This document shows, piece after piece, positions 10,783 to 24,151 of a stretch of 64,000 nt of DNA (positions are counted from its first letter, which is position 1; every line of letters starts with the position of its first letter). The notes under the pieces are model-generated. The model did no database searches, was not told where the DNA came from, and was given only the letters and a program-made list of their open reading frames with translations. The position numbers and the translations under genes are program-made. Origin of the DNA: Moniliella sp. 'wahieum' (Eukaryota); NCBI GenBank assembly GCA_003971905.1, contig RSEE01000051.1, positions 1 through 64,000 on the forward strand, in the 5' to 3' direction.

Positions 10783-12938
10783 TCAAAAGTCTTCGCCCGA
10801 CATGTCGCTTCCGAGTCGGAGCTGTCCGAGTTGACCAGATCATCATGCGTGGCTGGCAGGGGCGCATCAAAGCCCAATGCCGATCCTTCAAACTGCTGCA
10901 GCTGGGCCTGCAACCGTTCGATCCTCGCCGTTTCCTCCGACTCGTTGAGCGTCTTGCCCTTCAAGCCGCCCGTGCCGCGCTTGCGCCCATCATTGGCATT
11001 CTTCACTGGCTTGCTGTGCGTCGTCTTTTATCCTTGGGACGCAAACGTAGCGGTACAACTTGTACAGCGTGCGCGGACTCAAATCATCAATGTCCAACTC
11101 AATCTCTTCTCCTCCACCGCCAGAGTCTGGTTTGTCCTCCGCAATGATCTTCAGTGCCCCTCCAGTCGGTCTTCGGGCAAGGTAGTGATCTTGTTGGCCA
11201 ACTCCTCCTTTTGCTCGTACGTGACCAACCGTATGTCCTCCTCGTCCTCTCGTCCGAGGCGGCCGTCTTGGACTTGCGTGCGCGCTTGGGGGCAGGTTTT
11301 TTGGCGGCAGGGCGCTTTGCCGCTGCCGGTGCCGAGCTAGCCACTGGCACGACCCCAACGTCGCCCGGTGTACTGGCGCGGGCCGCCGACGCCTGCTGGA
11401 GGCCCCGGAACTTTTCTTGGGGCGTTTGGCGGGAGGGCGTTTATGCCATTCTCGCTGGTCGACCGACTTGCGTCGTTTCGCGCCGCCGTCATACTGCCTC
11501 CGCCACCGTATCCACTGGGAGAAGATGCCAGTACGCCGTCCGGAGCGCGCCCAAGAGAGACAAGGTGGATCGAGCATGGGCGATCGCACGCTGTGTCGGC
11601 GTTCTCCGCCTCCATATCCTCGGCTTGGAGTACAAGAAGGTGAGCCTGGTCGCGCAGTGCTTGGGCCAACAAATTGGATTCGGGCACAGGCGTGGGTTCG
11701 ATCGGCTCCTCAACAAACGGTTTGGGGTCGGGCCGCTTGGCCCAGACACGTTCGTACACGGCCTTCAGCCGCTCGCCCATCACGTACACATCCGACCAGG
11801 CGGGTTGAAGGTAAAGCAGTTGCGAAACAAGAGTTGCACATCCGCGTCAAACTCGGCCGCGTCGGCCGTACTGGCCTTGACGCAGTCGCAGGCAGGTCAG
11901 AAAGGGAAATGGGGTGGTGGTGGATCATGGCATAATACGCCGGTGCATAGTCAGCGACCGATCGCGGCAAGTCATTAAAACAACGCCACGTCCGAGTGGG
12001 AAGGCTTGAACAATTCCTCCACCACCTTGGCGCAAAACTGAGCTCGGCCGCGCGACTTTGTCCCAGTGGGCCGCCTCGGCCTCGGACTGGGCAGCATTGA
12101 AGAGCTTGGACTTGCGCCGGGTCTGGCCGCTGGGGAGCTCCTCGTAGAGGATGTCTTTTGATGGTGGCGGGTGGATCTCGCGTTTGGGCCGGCTGTGGCT
12201 AAAGGAGGACAGGAACGGGCGCGTCGGAGGGGGGGAGGGGGGTGCGGTGGTGGCAGAGGGAGGGATCGGATGTGCTTGTCAAAAACCGACTCGAGCACGT
12301 CGGCGTTGAGCGAGATGAGGTGGGCAGGGCCATTGAAGATGCGCGTGTTGTTAAAGACGAGGCGCACGTCGTCTTGGACCTGCTGCGGCGTGAGGTAGAC
12401 GTCGGAGCGCACATCGAGGCCCCAATGGGCGCGAGCTTGACCTTCTCGGTGGGCTTGTTGCCGCCCTTGAGGGTGGCGGCGGTGAGGAGCGAGCTTGATG
12501 TCAACGGTGCCGAGGTCCATGGGGTGGGTGACGATGGTGGGGTAGTGGGGCACGCCCTGGGCGACGGGGTCAACGGGGGCGAGGAAGGGGCGGGCCTCGA
12601 TGCGGCCTTGAGGGCCTTGATGACGTTCTGGAGGAACTTGACCTGGGCGGTGGTGAGGGTGATGGGGCCGGGGGCAGGCCGCCGATGGTGAGGCTGGGGT
12701 CCCATTGGGGGACCTCCTTGGGGGGGGGTGGGAGGTGGTGGAGGTGGGGGGGTGGGGTGGGGGGAGGGAGAGGCGAGAGCGGTCGGGGGGCGAGGCGGGC
12801 GCGACTGGAGAGGGGGGGGGTGGGGGTGGGGGGTGGGTTGGGGAGGCGGTGGTGGTGGGGACGGCGGTGGGGGTGGCGGTGGCGGTGTTGGCGGTGGCGG
12901 TGGCGGGGGGCGGTGGTGGGGGCGGCGGGCTCGCTCAT
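10783..12938 (-). CDS. BDF1: BET-family double bromodomain + ET domain protein; frameshifted
   Basis: BD1 YPTIVTHPMDLGTV...DVRLVFNNTRIFNG; BD2 DVQLLFRNCFTFNPP; ET domain EEIELDIDDLSPRTLYKLYRYV; acidic Ser-rich end. Confidence 0.88.
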
Positions 12939-13151
12939 GGCGCGGGCAGGCAGAGTAGGGTTGGTGCGCAGAAATGAAACGGGCAAAACGCAGCAGGCAG
13001 CACAGCGCAGCACTCGTGCTCAGCAGCGGCGGGGGCTGTGGTGGAGCAGAGCCAAGAAGCTCCCCGGCCGCCGACGCCCGACAGGGCCGCCCAACCCCCG
13101 CTTACGTACGCCCGTCCCCCGCGGAATGCGCAGTTCCGCCCGTGTGCCTGC

Positions 13152-16100
13152 ATGCAGGCCGTGGTGGCTGAGTCTCAGCGCTCACCACCACCGCTTCCTC
13201 CGCCCCCACCACCGCCATCGCCACCGCCACGTGCACCACCGCCACGTGCACCACCGCCACCAACTACCCCCACCCCCCCCCACCACCCCGCTTGCCGCGG
13301 TGCTGGGACTGCTTCTTGTGATCGTGCGCGGGGCGGCGGTGGCCGGCGCGTTGGCTGCCTTCGCCGCCGTCTTCTCCACCTTGCTCGCCCCGCCCCGCGC
13401 CCTCCCCCGCCCCCCCACCACCCCCTCCGCCTTCCGCCGCCCTCCACACCCTCGTCAGCATCTCTCCATCGCCCTCGGCCTCGTCGCCTCCCTCTACGTC
13501 CTGGCACGCCCCGACCCCGCCGCCTCCTCCTCCGCCGCCGCCGCCGTCGCGGCCACCCTCCCGCCCCGCGACCCGCCGGCTGGGGCCCGCGCCCCATCAA
13601 TTGGACCGCCACCCTCCCCTTCCGCCCGCTGCTCCTCAGCCTCGGCCGCCTCTTCCACTCCGCCGACACCCACCCCCCCCACAGAGACGCTGCCGACGCT
13701 CCCCAGCCTCCCTGCGCTGGCGGCGGACACCCAGGGCCTGCTTCCCCCTCCTCCGACGTTGCTGGCCACCACGGCCTCTGCGAGTAGCGCCGCAGCCACG
13801 GTCACTGTCGCGGCCACATCCACGTCGGCAGCTTCGGTACCCTCTGCCTTGGTGAAAATCTCCTCCCTCTCGACCACCACCGCGTGCGTCTGCCTCGCCT
13901 TGATTGCCCTTCTCGCTCTCGTCGCCTACCTGAGCAACCCAGGAGATGTGTCGTTCCAGTCCTTTTTGACCGACCTTACTTTCCGCGAGCATCTGCGCGC
14001 CGCCAGAATAACCTCCGTGCCCTCACCCTCGACTCACCCGGGGACCATCTCGGCTCGATGCATCCAACTCCCCCGCTCCCCGCCGCATATGCTTTCGTTT
14101 GCCAACCATCTCGCCATCTCGGTCAAGACACCGCCCTACACTCGTTACGATTACCGCCTTTTTTCCGTCGTTATTGTCACCCGCCGCTCCATTGCCTCTG
14201 GCCCGTCGCCAACGCCCAACGGGCCCAACTTGGCTCGCACCCGCGGTGAGCTCCCCCCGCCCGTGACGGGCTTGCTGTCGGCGATTGACCACCGATCGTA
14301 TTGGTTCTTTGGCCTGCTTGGCACCTGGTACATCGGCACCCCGCCTGGGCTCGCACTTCCTCCACGACGTCAAGCGTGCCGCTGCCTTTGGCCGTGCTTG
14401 GCACCAGCCCCTTGCTTCCGAAGATCCGTGGGGGTCATGGCGATGGAGAACGACTCGCTGGGACAAGGTACGTTGCGCTCCCACCCGTTTTGAATTATAT
14501 GTGAATCAACGACTGACTATTCCCGCTGCTGTTCCAGATGAGAACGATACGTCGTCCCCGCACCAGTCGATGCTCCTGGTGCGTCCGTGCTGGGCGGGGC
14601 AGCACATCGGCCAAGGGAACGAGTCCCTGCGGTCCGCTCGGAATCGCAGTCCCGCCCACCGGTCCCAATGGCAGTTCGACCAAGCCCGGTCGACGACACG
14701 ATCTCGCTGGCCTAGCGCGAGCGGTGGAGGAGGCACGCACCGCTGTCGACGAAGCTGCAGCCCAGCTGGCGCATCTGCGTTCCTCCGAGGCCGAGATGCG
14801 CGAGCCGTTGCAGGCGGAGCTGGATGAATTGCGCCGGCAAAAGAAGGATGAGGATGCAATGAGGGGCGATTTGAAGGGCCAGGGAGATGAAAGTTTGGAC
14901 GAGGCGAAGCGTGCGGCGGATCTAGAGAAGAAGGAAGCGGAACGGACCTTGCTTGCCGCCCAGTCGGTCCGCGCGCATCGACTGGAACGCATTGCGAACC
15001 AGCAACTTGCGTTGGACCAGCTCACCCGCCAAGCCGACGCGGCCTCGCATCGCTTGCAAGCATGTCTCGATGAGCGAAAAAGTAGGACTCGCCACACTCG
15101 AAGAATCCAACGCAGCCCACCAAGCCACATTGCACGCCTCCAATCCAAATTAGGCGCTTTGGAGCAAGACGAAACGTCGGTGGAGAAGGAACTGCTGAAG
15201 CCAAGCAGCTGTTGGAGCAGCCCAAGCCCACCTTGCCATGGCCGAGCAAGACCGCCTGGCTGCTGAATTGGCGAGCCAAGTGCCTGACGAACCGGCTGAC
15301 CCTTCCCCTCCCGCTGTAGATCCCTCCTATGGCGTTCCCGAGCCCAGCAGGCCTGAAGAGGTGGTGGACGCACCCGAGTACGACACGGGCCTGCTCGCGC
15401 CCCAGGGTACGACGTTGAGGTCTTCCCCGCCCTGCGTCCTCGACCTACTTTGGGTCGCCGCTATCCCTACCTCGATCTTACCTTCCCACGCGAACGCGGT
15501 CAGGGTGGGCGACCGTCCGCGGATCGTGGCTCCGCATCCGCTTCAACCCATTTTCCCACCTCGAGTGGACATGGAAGACGATTTAGACATGGAACTGGGT
15601 CTGCCGCTTGATGCCGACCCGCATGGTATGGCGAGCATGTTGGTCCCGCGAGCCTGTTTCCTAGGCAGGCGCCGACGACGCCTTCGGGTCCACTGTACCG
15701 GACGACCCAGGGCTGCTGTCCTTGTCGTCGGTATCCCCTTTGCCAAGGGCCTTTTGCCCAGCAACTTGCTCGGCAACTTGGACGAGATACGCATGCCAAT
15801 CTGGTCTCTCCCTCGCGGGTCAAAGATGCACTGGCGCAGTTTGGCGTCCAGCCTCCGTCGGTGACCAACTCGATGGAGGAGTGGGTTGGCGGCGACCGGA
15901 TGTGCACCGGCCTGTGCTCGACCTGGACCGCCCGCGCCTCGGCCGCGTTCCTTGGCCAGACGGACATGAGCCACGCCAGCGGTGGGCTGTACAGTTCACC
16001 ACTTTGTCCAATCCAACCCTTCGCTCGATGGCCATCCCGAACTGCAGCATCCCGAGCTGGACTTTTCGCCGCCGCTTGCGCACGCTTCGTACGCTGCGCA

Positions 16101-17069
16101 CGAGGTCGACCCCGACCGGGGCGGCAAAGGTCCCAAGCGCACCTGGTGGGGCAAGAGTATGTTTGGTCGGGAGCCCAGTGCGCTAGGCGGCACCTCCTTG
16201 TCCCCGCTTGACGCACGGGACGAGCCGCCGCCGAGGCAGGCAAGCGACGTTCGCTGCTTTTCCCCCGGCTGGGCCAGATGACATCCAAGTTGCCCGACAC
16301 GCGCGGGCGCATGGGCGGGCGTACGATCAGTGGCCGATGGGCCACCTGTGCCGCTGGACCGAGTGGCGGGGTGGTGACGGACTACGAGGCGGTGCGACGC
16401 GCGTTCCAGCGCCCGTTTGACGACGACGAGCTCGGTCGCCATTCCTGGTCGGCTTTGATCAGTGGCAAGCGTCCCGTCCCAGCTTTGGCCCGGGCACGAG
16501 CAGTGGCCTAGGCCAGGCGGGAGTGCACCGGGTCGGACGAGCTTGGGGCGGACCCGACGGGCGCGGGGAGGGGACGGGGTACCTGTCTGCCCACCCTTCG
16601 GCGCGGGACGGTGCTGCTGGATATGGAAGCCGACGGCTACGGCTTACCGTCCCACCGCTTTTCGTCGGAATCCATGCCGCCGCTCCGATTCCGGGCTGGC
16701 CTCTCGTCGCACAGCTTGATGGCCCGGGCCGGGGCCGCTGCCGTCGTCACATGCTCAGTCGCACCGCCGGCCGAAGCGCGGTGGCAACCTTCTCAGATCT
16801 GGCCTTCCCCTGCTCCTGCTCCTGCTCTGCGCCTCCCGCGCCTCCTACTCGCCCTGACGGCCCCCCCACGGACACACGGGGGTCTTCTTTGCACCGCCGT
16901 TGCGTGGGGAGGATGTGGCTGGGGCTGGGACTGTGTTGGGGCTGGGCTTGCATCCCACGCCCAGTACCGATCTGATGCCCATCCACCCACGTCGGGCTCG
17001 TTTGGCTCGGGCACGGAGTTGGGCTCGGTCCCCCGGTGTGGCCGGGAGCGAGGAAGCGAAACGGACTAG
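13152..17069 (+). CDS. Large hypothetical protein: N-terminal TM segments, long coiled coil, disordered tail; many frameshifts, ends uncertain
   Basis: TM-like segments, then LLALVAYLSNPGDVSFQSFLTD...LSFANHLAISVKTPPY...WFFGLLGTWY. Intron GTACGT at ~14468. Coiled coil LQAELDELRRQKKDED at ~14700-15280. Confidence 0.5.
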
Positions 17070-18059
17070 TTCGAACGTGTGCCGGGCAGTGCGGGCCGGG
17101 CGCAGGCACGGGTAGCACACCTTCCAAGCTCTTGTTCTGGCGTCGGCCTGCCTCGGCGCGAGGGCGGGAACAGGCGGCGTAGCGTGGCGTACGCACCCAC
17201 GCCCCACGTACCGTCTCCCTCGCAGCGCAGGGGGGCGCCATCTTCCCTTGAAGCTTGTCCGAACCTGTTGGAGCTTGCAGTTTGACTTTGGGTCGCTGTC
17301 GGATGGAAATGATCTTCATGTCGATCATCGATCGGGCTGTGTGCACAGAGCAAGCGAAAGGACCCTCCCAGACGGGATCTGATCCGTCGGATTCGTCTCC
17401 CAAGACTACGTACGGGGTGTTCTGCAGTGGGATGATGTGGAGGTAGACTCATGTAGGGGCAGGAGCGGTGGCAGCGACGTTTTGTGGTGTGGCCCTGAGT
17501 GTAGCTGCCAGTTGGATTCGATGTTTGGGCGGGATAGACTGGAGACTGAGTAAGGATATCTCACGGAACGCTGTAAGTACGGAACCTCCAACGAGAAGGA
17601 GGCACACCGCGGATGGCATGCCAGCTTCAGTTAGCTCATGTCTACAGATCCTTCTGCCCAGGTCCTGAGTGGGTCGTGTGTCTGGTTTCTTGTTTGCGAC
17701 CAACCACCAACAGCTCGGATTTCTACTTCAACGGCGCCTCTCCTGCTTGTTTCCATTCGCATTCTCTTCTCTCCTCAATGGGCCCTCTCCTACTCGCTTC
17801 GTTTCTCCCACGCGACGAGCGCGCTGTGAGCCTGTTTCGCCCTGAGTGCATGGGCTGCTGGAGGGGAGAATCTATTTCTTTCCTCCGTCTTTTCTGGGCG
17901 AAAGTGAGTCTGGGTCGATTCCTATGGTTTTCATCCTTCTCTGTCCGTGGTCCGCCTGTTTCCTTTCGGATCTTACCGCTCTACTTGCTCACGGGAATGC
18001 ACACACAAGGCAAAGACGCAGGGTGAGGGCGACGGATCTGCGGGCGACGGATGCCAACA

Positions 18060-18152
18060 GGCGAGATAGCGAAGTGGTCTAACGCGCTGTGTTAAGGTGG
18101 CCTACCTCGACCGCAGTCCTCCGGGGCGTGGGTTCGAATCCCACTCTCGTCA
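18060..18152 (+). tRNA. tRNA-Leu(AAG) with 13-nt intron
   Basis: Acceptor GGCGAGA/TCTCGTC, D-stem GCG/CGC, anticodon stem CTGTG/CGCAG with TT-AAG-G, variable arm, T-arm GTGGG-TTCGAAT-CCCAC, followed by TTTTT. Confidence 0.92.
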
Positions 18153-18906
18153 TATTTTTGCCTTTTAGGGTTGGATTGGGCGGTAGGGGGCTATGCTTCT
18201 GTTTGTTGACGGTGTTGTTCCGATGACTGAAGGGAGGGCGTTGGGATGCTCGGAGAATTCCGTCAGCAATGGAATCCACTCCGCAAGATCCATCCTGCGA
18301 AAAGGGAACTGTAAGCCACCTTGGTGCCTGCGAAGATGGGACCTGGAGGGAGATGGCGATGGCGATGGCGCGATGGCGATGGCGATGGCGACGGAGAAGA
18401 TACGAGGAAGAAGAGGAGGATCTGCACACAGGCCGTGTGGGAGCGATGCCCAGCCAAGCACTAATCAGATGGGACAGCCACGCTGGCAAGCCACATGTGC
18501 GGCAGAGGATGCGTACGTAAGACGCCCGGCCGCGCGGGTGCGTTCGATTTGATCGGCTGGGTTGGGTTGGGCGCGCTGGGCGCTGGGTTAGCTAGTCCGC
18601 ACGGGGGCAGTGCGGTGGGGCGGGTCGGCCCAGGCGCCAGGCACGGCACGGCGCCAGCCACGCAAGGGTCAGCGTCCCAGCGCGACGTGTCACGCTGCTC
18701 GTGCGCCCAGCGCTACGGGAGGCACCGCGCCAGTGTGCCCCCCCCCGCGCCCCCAATGGCCTGCTTTTGCACGCGCATCCCAGCGCTAGGGTTGCCCCCC
18801 CGCCCGACACTCCGGCCAGCTTTAAACTGCTCGCGCTTCCGCCTTCTTCTTGCTGCGGTGCTCGCCTGTCGTCCTCTTCGCCCCCCGCACCCTCCCCCTC
18901 CCCGCC

Positions 18907-20374
18907 ATGTCCACCCGCCCCCACAACGTCGGCATCAAGGCTGCCGAAGTCTACTTCCCCCGCCGCGCCATCTCCCAGGATGCGTCGAGGACTTGACGGC
19001 GTGTCCAAGGGCAAGTACACCATTGGCTTTGGCCAAAAGTTCATGACCTTCACCGACCCGCGAGGACATCAACTCGTTCCTCCTCACCAGTATGTCCCCC
19101 CGTCCCCTGCCTGTGCTGTGCATCTGCTCACCACGCCCCGCCCCGCCCCGCCGCAGCCGTCAAGAACCTGATGGACAAGTACAACATTGACCCCACCTCG
19201 ATTGGCCGTCTGGACGTGGGCACGGAGACGATCATTGACAAGTCGAAGAGTGTCAAGACGGTGCTGATGGACCTGTTCAAGGAGAGTGGCAACATGGACA
19301 TTGAGGGGCTGGACAGCAAGAACGCGTGCTATGGCGGTACGAATGCACTGTTCAATGCGATCAACTGGGTCGAGTCTTCCTCCTGGGACGGCCGGGACGC
19401 GATTGTGGTCATGGGCGACATTGCCATCTATGCCGAGGGCTCGGCGCGTCCGGTCGGCGGCGCAGGCGCGGTGGCGTTTTTGATTGGGCCCGATGCGCCC
19501 TTGGTTGTCGACCCGATCCACGGCACCCACATGACCAACACGTGGGACTTTTACAAGCCCAACCTGTCGTCCGAGTACCCGACTGTCGATGGGCCCGAGA
19601 CGCTGCAGACGTACCTCGGGTGCCTGGACCGTGCCTGGGACGCGTACCGCGTCAAGGCGGCCAAGGCGGCGGCCAAGGCGGCTGGGACGACGCTTGCGAA
19701 TGGCCATGCGAGAGCCCGAGGCGCTCAAGGCGCAGGTCAAGACGACCGACTTTGACTATGTCGTGATGCACTCGCCGTATGCCAAGCTGGTGCAAAAGGG
19801 ATTTGGTCGTCTGTTTACAATGACTTTTTGGCCGACCCAAGAATGCGGCGTTTGAAGGCGTGGACGCGTCGGTGACCACCAAGGAGCGCCAGTCGACCAT
19901 TGCGGACAAGACGGTGGAGAAAACGTTTATGGGCTTCTCCAAGGCGCACAATGCGATGCTGGAGCCCGGGATGGACACGGTGCGTCGGTGTGGCAACATG
20001 TACACGGCGTCGCTCTACGCTGGCCTGCTGTCACTCTTGTCGAACCAGACGAAGGAGGTGCAGGGCAAGCGGATCCTGATGTACTCGTTTGGTTCGGGCT
20101 CGGCCGCATCCATCTTTTCCATCAAGGTGGTCGGTGACGTGACGCCGATCGTGAGCAAGATTGACTGTGCAAGCACGTCTGGACGCGATGACGGTCGTGC
20201 CGGTGCAGCAGGTGCAGCAGTACGTGGATGCGCTACAAGACGCGCGAGGACAACCACAATGCCGTCGAGTACGACCCGCAGGGCCTACTCTCCAACCTCT
20301 GGCCGGGCTCCTTTTACCTCACCAAGGTCGACCACATGTACAGGCGATTCTACGCGCGTGTGCCGCAGGCCTAA
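18907..20374 (+). CDS. ERG13: Hydroxymethylglutaryl-CoA synthase; one intron, frameshifts
   Basis: [47 protein letters not shown], catalytic [38 protein letters not shown]. Confidence 0.97.
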
Positions 20375-21694
20375 TCGGTCCCTTGTCGGATTCATGTCCG
20401 CGCTCTTGCCCCACCCCGCCTTTTTTCCCCAGAGGGCCTGCGTACGTACGTACTGCGTGCGCCACGGCACTGCGGGCCACGTTCCTTCCTGAGCAGCCTG
20501 ATTCGCACTAGCATCGATCTATGAATGTTGCACCGCATGGACTCTGCTCGCGCGCGCGGGCGTCTGGTTGTGGGGGTTGCTTGACAGAGGTAGGCACGGA
20601 GGATGCAGCTCCCGTTTTGGGGGGTATTGATCTAGCCGTTTGTGTAGGAAGGAAAGGAAAGGAAAGACCAGATGGATGGATGTGGTGTGGTCTGCGGTCT
20701 GGTGGCGGCCGAGGGACAGCGTGGGGACGGCTAACCCGAGTCGGGGAGGAAGGTGTCGTAGAACGAATGGGAGCGCTCCACGTGCGCCCATAGTCGCCCA
20801 GGTAGAGGTAGCGTGCGTGGCAGCGGTAGCACAAAAGTACTGTGGTTCTTTGGGCGGGATGAGCAGTCTGCTCCGCCTCTCGTGGGCCCCTCGGAGCCGA
20901 GCAGGACACGTACGGTCGCCAGCGGGCGCAGGCAGCAGCGGCAGCTCCCCTTCCGCACGCGGTGGCGAAGGGCAGGGCATGCCGGCGTCCACTCTCACTC
21001 TCACTCTCAGCGCTCAGCCGCGGCGACAGGCGGATGGTGCTACGCAAGAAGACATCGGCCGAGAGGGGGCTATATACGCGAAACCCCCGGGGCCCATGCG
21101 CCCTCTTGTCGGCAACGCTTGCGTGCCTCGGCTAGCGAGGCCGCAGCCTCAGGCCGTAGGCCTTACGCCAAGCCGGGCCCCACCAGGATGGGGACCAAAA
21201 GGAAGGCTGCGGTGCGAAAGCTCAACGCAGCTCTTCAGTGCCTGGTGGCCGGCACCCGCCAACGTCGACAACGTGTGCCAGGGACGGGTGGGGGGCAGTA
21301 ACAGCCTAGTGAGCGACGGTGGCTACGTTGACAGCCATGGCCTGCGTATCCACCGGTGCGTCGGAGGATGCGTGGAGGAGGCTGTGGCAGCGCATTGGCA
21401 ATTGCTCCTTGGGGCGGCGCAGCAATTGCCAATTGGGCCGTGCGGTTGCGCTTACTGCTTAGTGCTTACCGCTTAAGCCATCGGATGTCAAATTTCACAC
21501 TGGCCACTCAACCATACACGCCTTCACCCCCCCCCCCATCACCCATCACAACATCACAAGATCGTCACCCCGTCCGGAAGGCTTCCGCGGGCGGAATTGG
21601 TGTGGATGGGGGCTTTTCTCGTCAGAAGCGGGCGGGGGACGGACGGGCATGTCGAGGAGCGTGCCCACCACCTCGGCCTGCGTGTACGCCATCC

Positions 21695-22634
21695 ATGCTC
21701 TTCCGCCCCGCCGTCGCTGCTGCGCGCCCGCTCCTGCGCCGCCCCAGCCCCAGCCCCAGTGCCCTGGCCACCGGCGTGCGCTTTGCCTCCACCGCTCCTG
21801 CGCCCGCGCGCCGCTCCGCCGCCGTGTCTGCCGCGGCCGCTGCTGCCGCCCTGCTTGCTGGCACCGCGCTCTACGCCGCCACGGCGCCCGCGCTGCACCT
21901 CGAAGGGCGCTCCAACTACGCCGAGCGTCTGTCCAACATCACGCGCTCCAGCACGTCTGCCGAGCCCGCGAAGGAGCAGGAGCCTCCCTACACCCCGTGT
22001 CCTCCGCCTCCGGCGCGCCCCCCCGTCGCCAGAGTTACAATGAGCGCATTGCCATCATCCGCGACTCGGGCGAGGTAGTGGATGAAGTCACCATAGAGGG
22101 CACAGGTACGTTCTTCTTTGGCCCTCCTAGCCTCTCGGCGCCGGACGAAACTAACCGCGGAATGCGACTGCGACTGCGATGACCGACGTGGAGATGCCGA
22201 GGCGGTGGAGGATGGTGGCGGCGACTGTGGTGGATGCTGAGCTGGCCGCACTTGCCGCCGAGGCCGAGGGGGCCTTGTCGGACGACCCGCAGGCGGCTGC
22301 CATTGACCCGCGCACAGGGGAGATCAACTGGGACTGTCCCTGTCTCGGCGGCATGGCCCACGGTCCCTGTGGGGAAGAGTTCAAGCTGGCGTTCAGCTGC
22401 TTTGTGTTTAGCGAAGCCGAGCCCAAGGGGTTCGACTGCGTGGACAAGTTCCAGCACATGCAGACGTGTTTCCGCCAGCACCCGGATGTGTATGCCGAGG
22501 AGATTGCCGATGACGAAGAGGCGGCTCGGGCGGCCGAAGCCGAGCAGAAGCTGAGGCCAAGGCCAGGGCTGAGGCCAAGGCCCAGGCCTAAGCCTAAGTC
22601 TACGCCTAGGCCGAGCCGGCCGGCTCCAAAGTAA
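21695..22634 (+). CDS. MIA40: Mitochondrial intermembrane-space oxidoreductase Mia40
   Basis: Presequence plus TM, then [52 protein letters not shown] (CPC + twin CX9C). Confidence 0.95.
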
Positions 22635-23023
22635 ACTCCCTGCACCCCAACAACCCAACCCACTTTGCCCCTTCTATTTGCACCTCTGTCTTGCACTGCT
22701 CTTCGCCTACCCCCTGCGCAGCGGCGCCGCCGACGTGGCAGAAGCAAAAAGCTGTCCAACATGCTGGTGGGAAGGACGGATGAGAAGGTAGTCTTGCGAG
22801 AGAGGGCGCAGGAAGGCAGACAGACAGTGTAGCGCCTCCCGGAGGCCATTTGTTCCCGCCAGAGAAGGAAAGCTAGCGGTAGATTGGTTTGAACGTTCAG
22901 CTAGACCGCTCCCGAAGCTTCTGGTCCGAGCGGAGCAGCGCGGGGACGGTCACATGACCTGGCAGATGACGTAGACGCCGGCGGGAGGCACTCCCACCAC
23001 CACCACCAGCCTTGCGCGCGTCC

Positions 23024-24120
23024 ATGAGCGCCCCACCGCCATCTGCCACGCTGCTCCAGCAGCCCCCCGACGCCCAGGTGGGCGAAGCGAATCGCATCCC
23101 CGTGCCGCAGCCCAAGTATCGCATTGCCACGGCGTGGGGCGGCGTCGGACGCGGCGCCCCGTTGTCCTTGGCCCATCGGGCTTCTTCTACTGCCCAACTT
23201 TATCACCGAGGACGAGGAGGCGTACTTGATTGAGCACATCCTGCATGCGCCGCAGCCCAAGGGAAGGTACTGCAAGCGCGTCGACTGCAGTACTGGGGCG
23301 GTACGTTAACGGGCAAGGGAAGAACGTGTTGTTGCCCGACCCACAGGGCTTGCCGCCGTTTCTAGCTTCGTACCCGGACTGGTCGGGCGCCTGGCCGCGT
23401 GCGGCGCGTTCCAGGGCACGCGACATGCCGCGCGAACCATGTCTGATCAATGAGTACACCCTGGCCAGGGCATCATGCCGCACGATGATGGGCCGGCGTA
23501 ACAGCGGTACAGCGACCATTTCCCTTGGCTCGCACGCGCTGCTGGACATTTACGAATGGATTGACGATGCGTCGCTCGAGGCGGCTGGGGCGACGCCCAA
23601 CCTACGCCCACACCTACACCTGCTTCTGCCGCAAGTGCGGAGACAGCCGCTCCGGCCACTCGACGCGCACGCGGCGCCCGCGCGCCCGACCCGACGTTCA
23701 GCCTGTTACAAGAACGCCGTTCGTTGCTCGTCACGCGCGGCAGCGCGTACCACGACTGGCTGCATGGCATTGCCGATCGCGCCGAGGATGGGGGGGAGTG
23801 TCTAGCGCGCGTGGCGAATGCCGCGTTGCTGCACGATACGGACTTGCAACGTAGGGTGCAGCAAGCGCAGCGTGCCCATCCAGAGTGCGTTCCGCACGTG
23901 GGTGCGGCAACGGTGCGCCCTCCCCCTCCCCTGCGTGTGCGTCCAGCCCCACGGCACCGGCACCGGCACCGCGTCCACCAAGCCGGTCGGTTCGGACCCG
24001 ACCCCAGCGCGGAGGAGGCGTTGCAGCGCGAAACGCGCTATGCTGACGTTCCGGGACGTGGCGCGGGTGAGTCATGCGCTGGGTGGGCTGGCGGCGCGGA
24101 AATTGGGTCTGGGGGCGTGA
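23024..24120 (+). CDS. AlkB-family 2OG-Fe(II) dioxygenase, ALKBH6-like; frameshifted
   Basis: PNFITEDEEAYL, CLINEY..GQGIMPHDDGP, ATISLGSH, LLVTRGSAYHDWLHGI, RETR..LTFRDV. Confidence 0.85.
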
Positions 24121-24151
24121 AGGAGGAGCGGGGTGCGGTTTGGTACGAACA

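Noticed and set aside
23498..23502. TAA at a conserved Tyr position in the ALKBH6-like gene, suggesting stop-codon reassignment
   Set aside because: It sits in a locally garbled stretch with a frame change; TAA, TAG and TGA all serve as normal stops elsewhere in the window.
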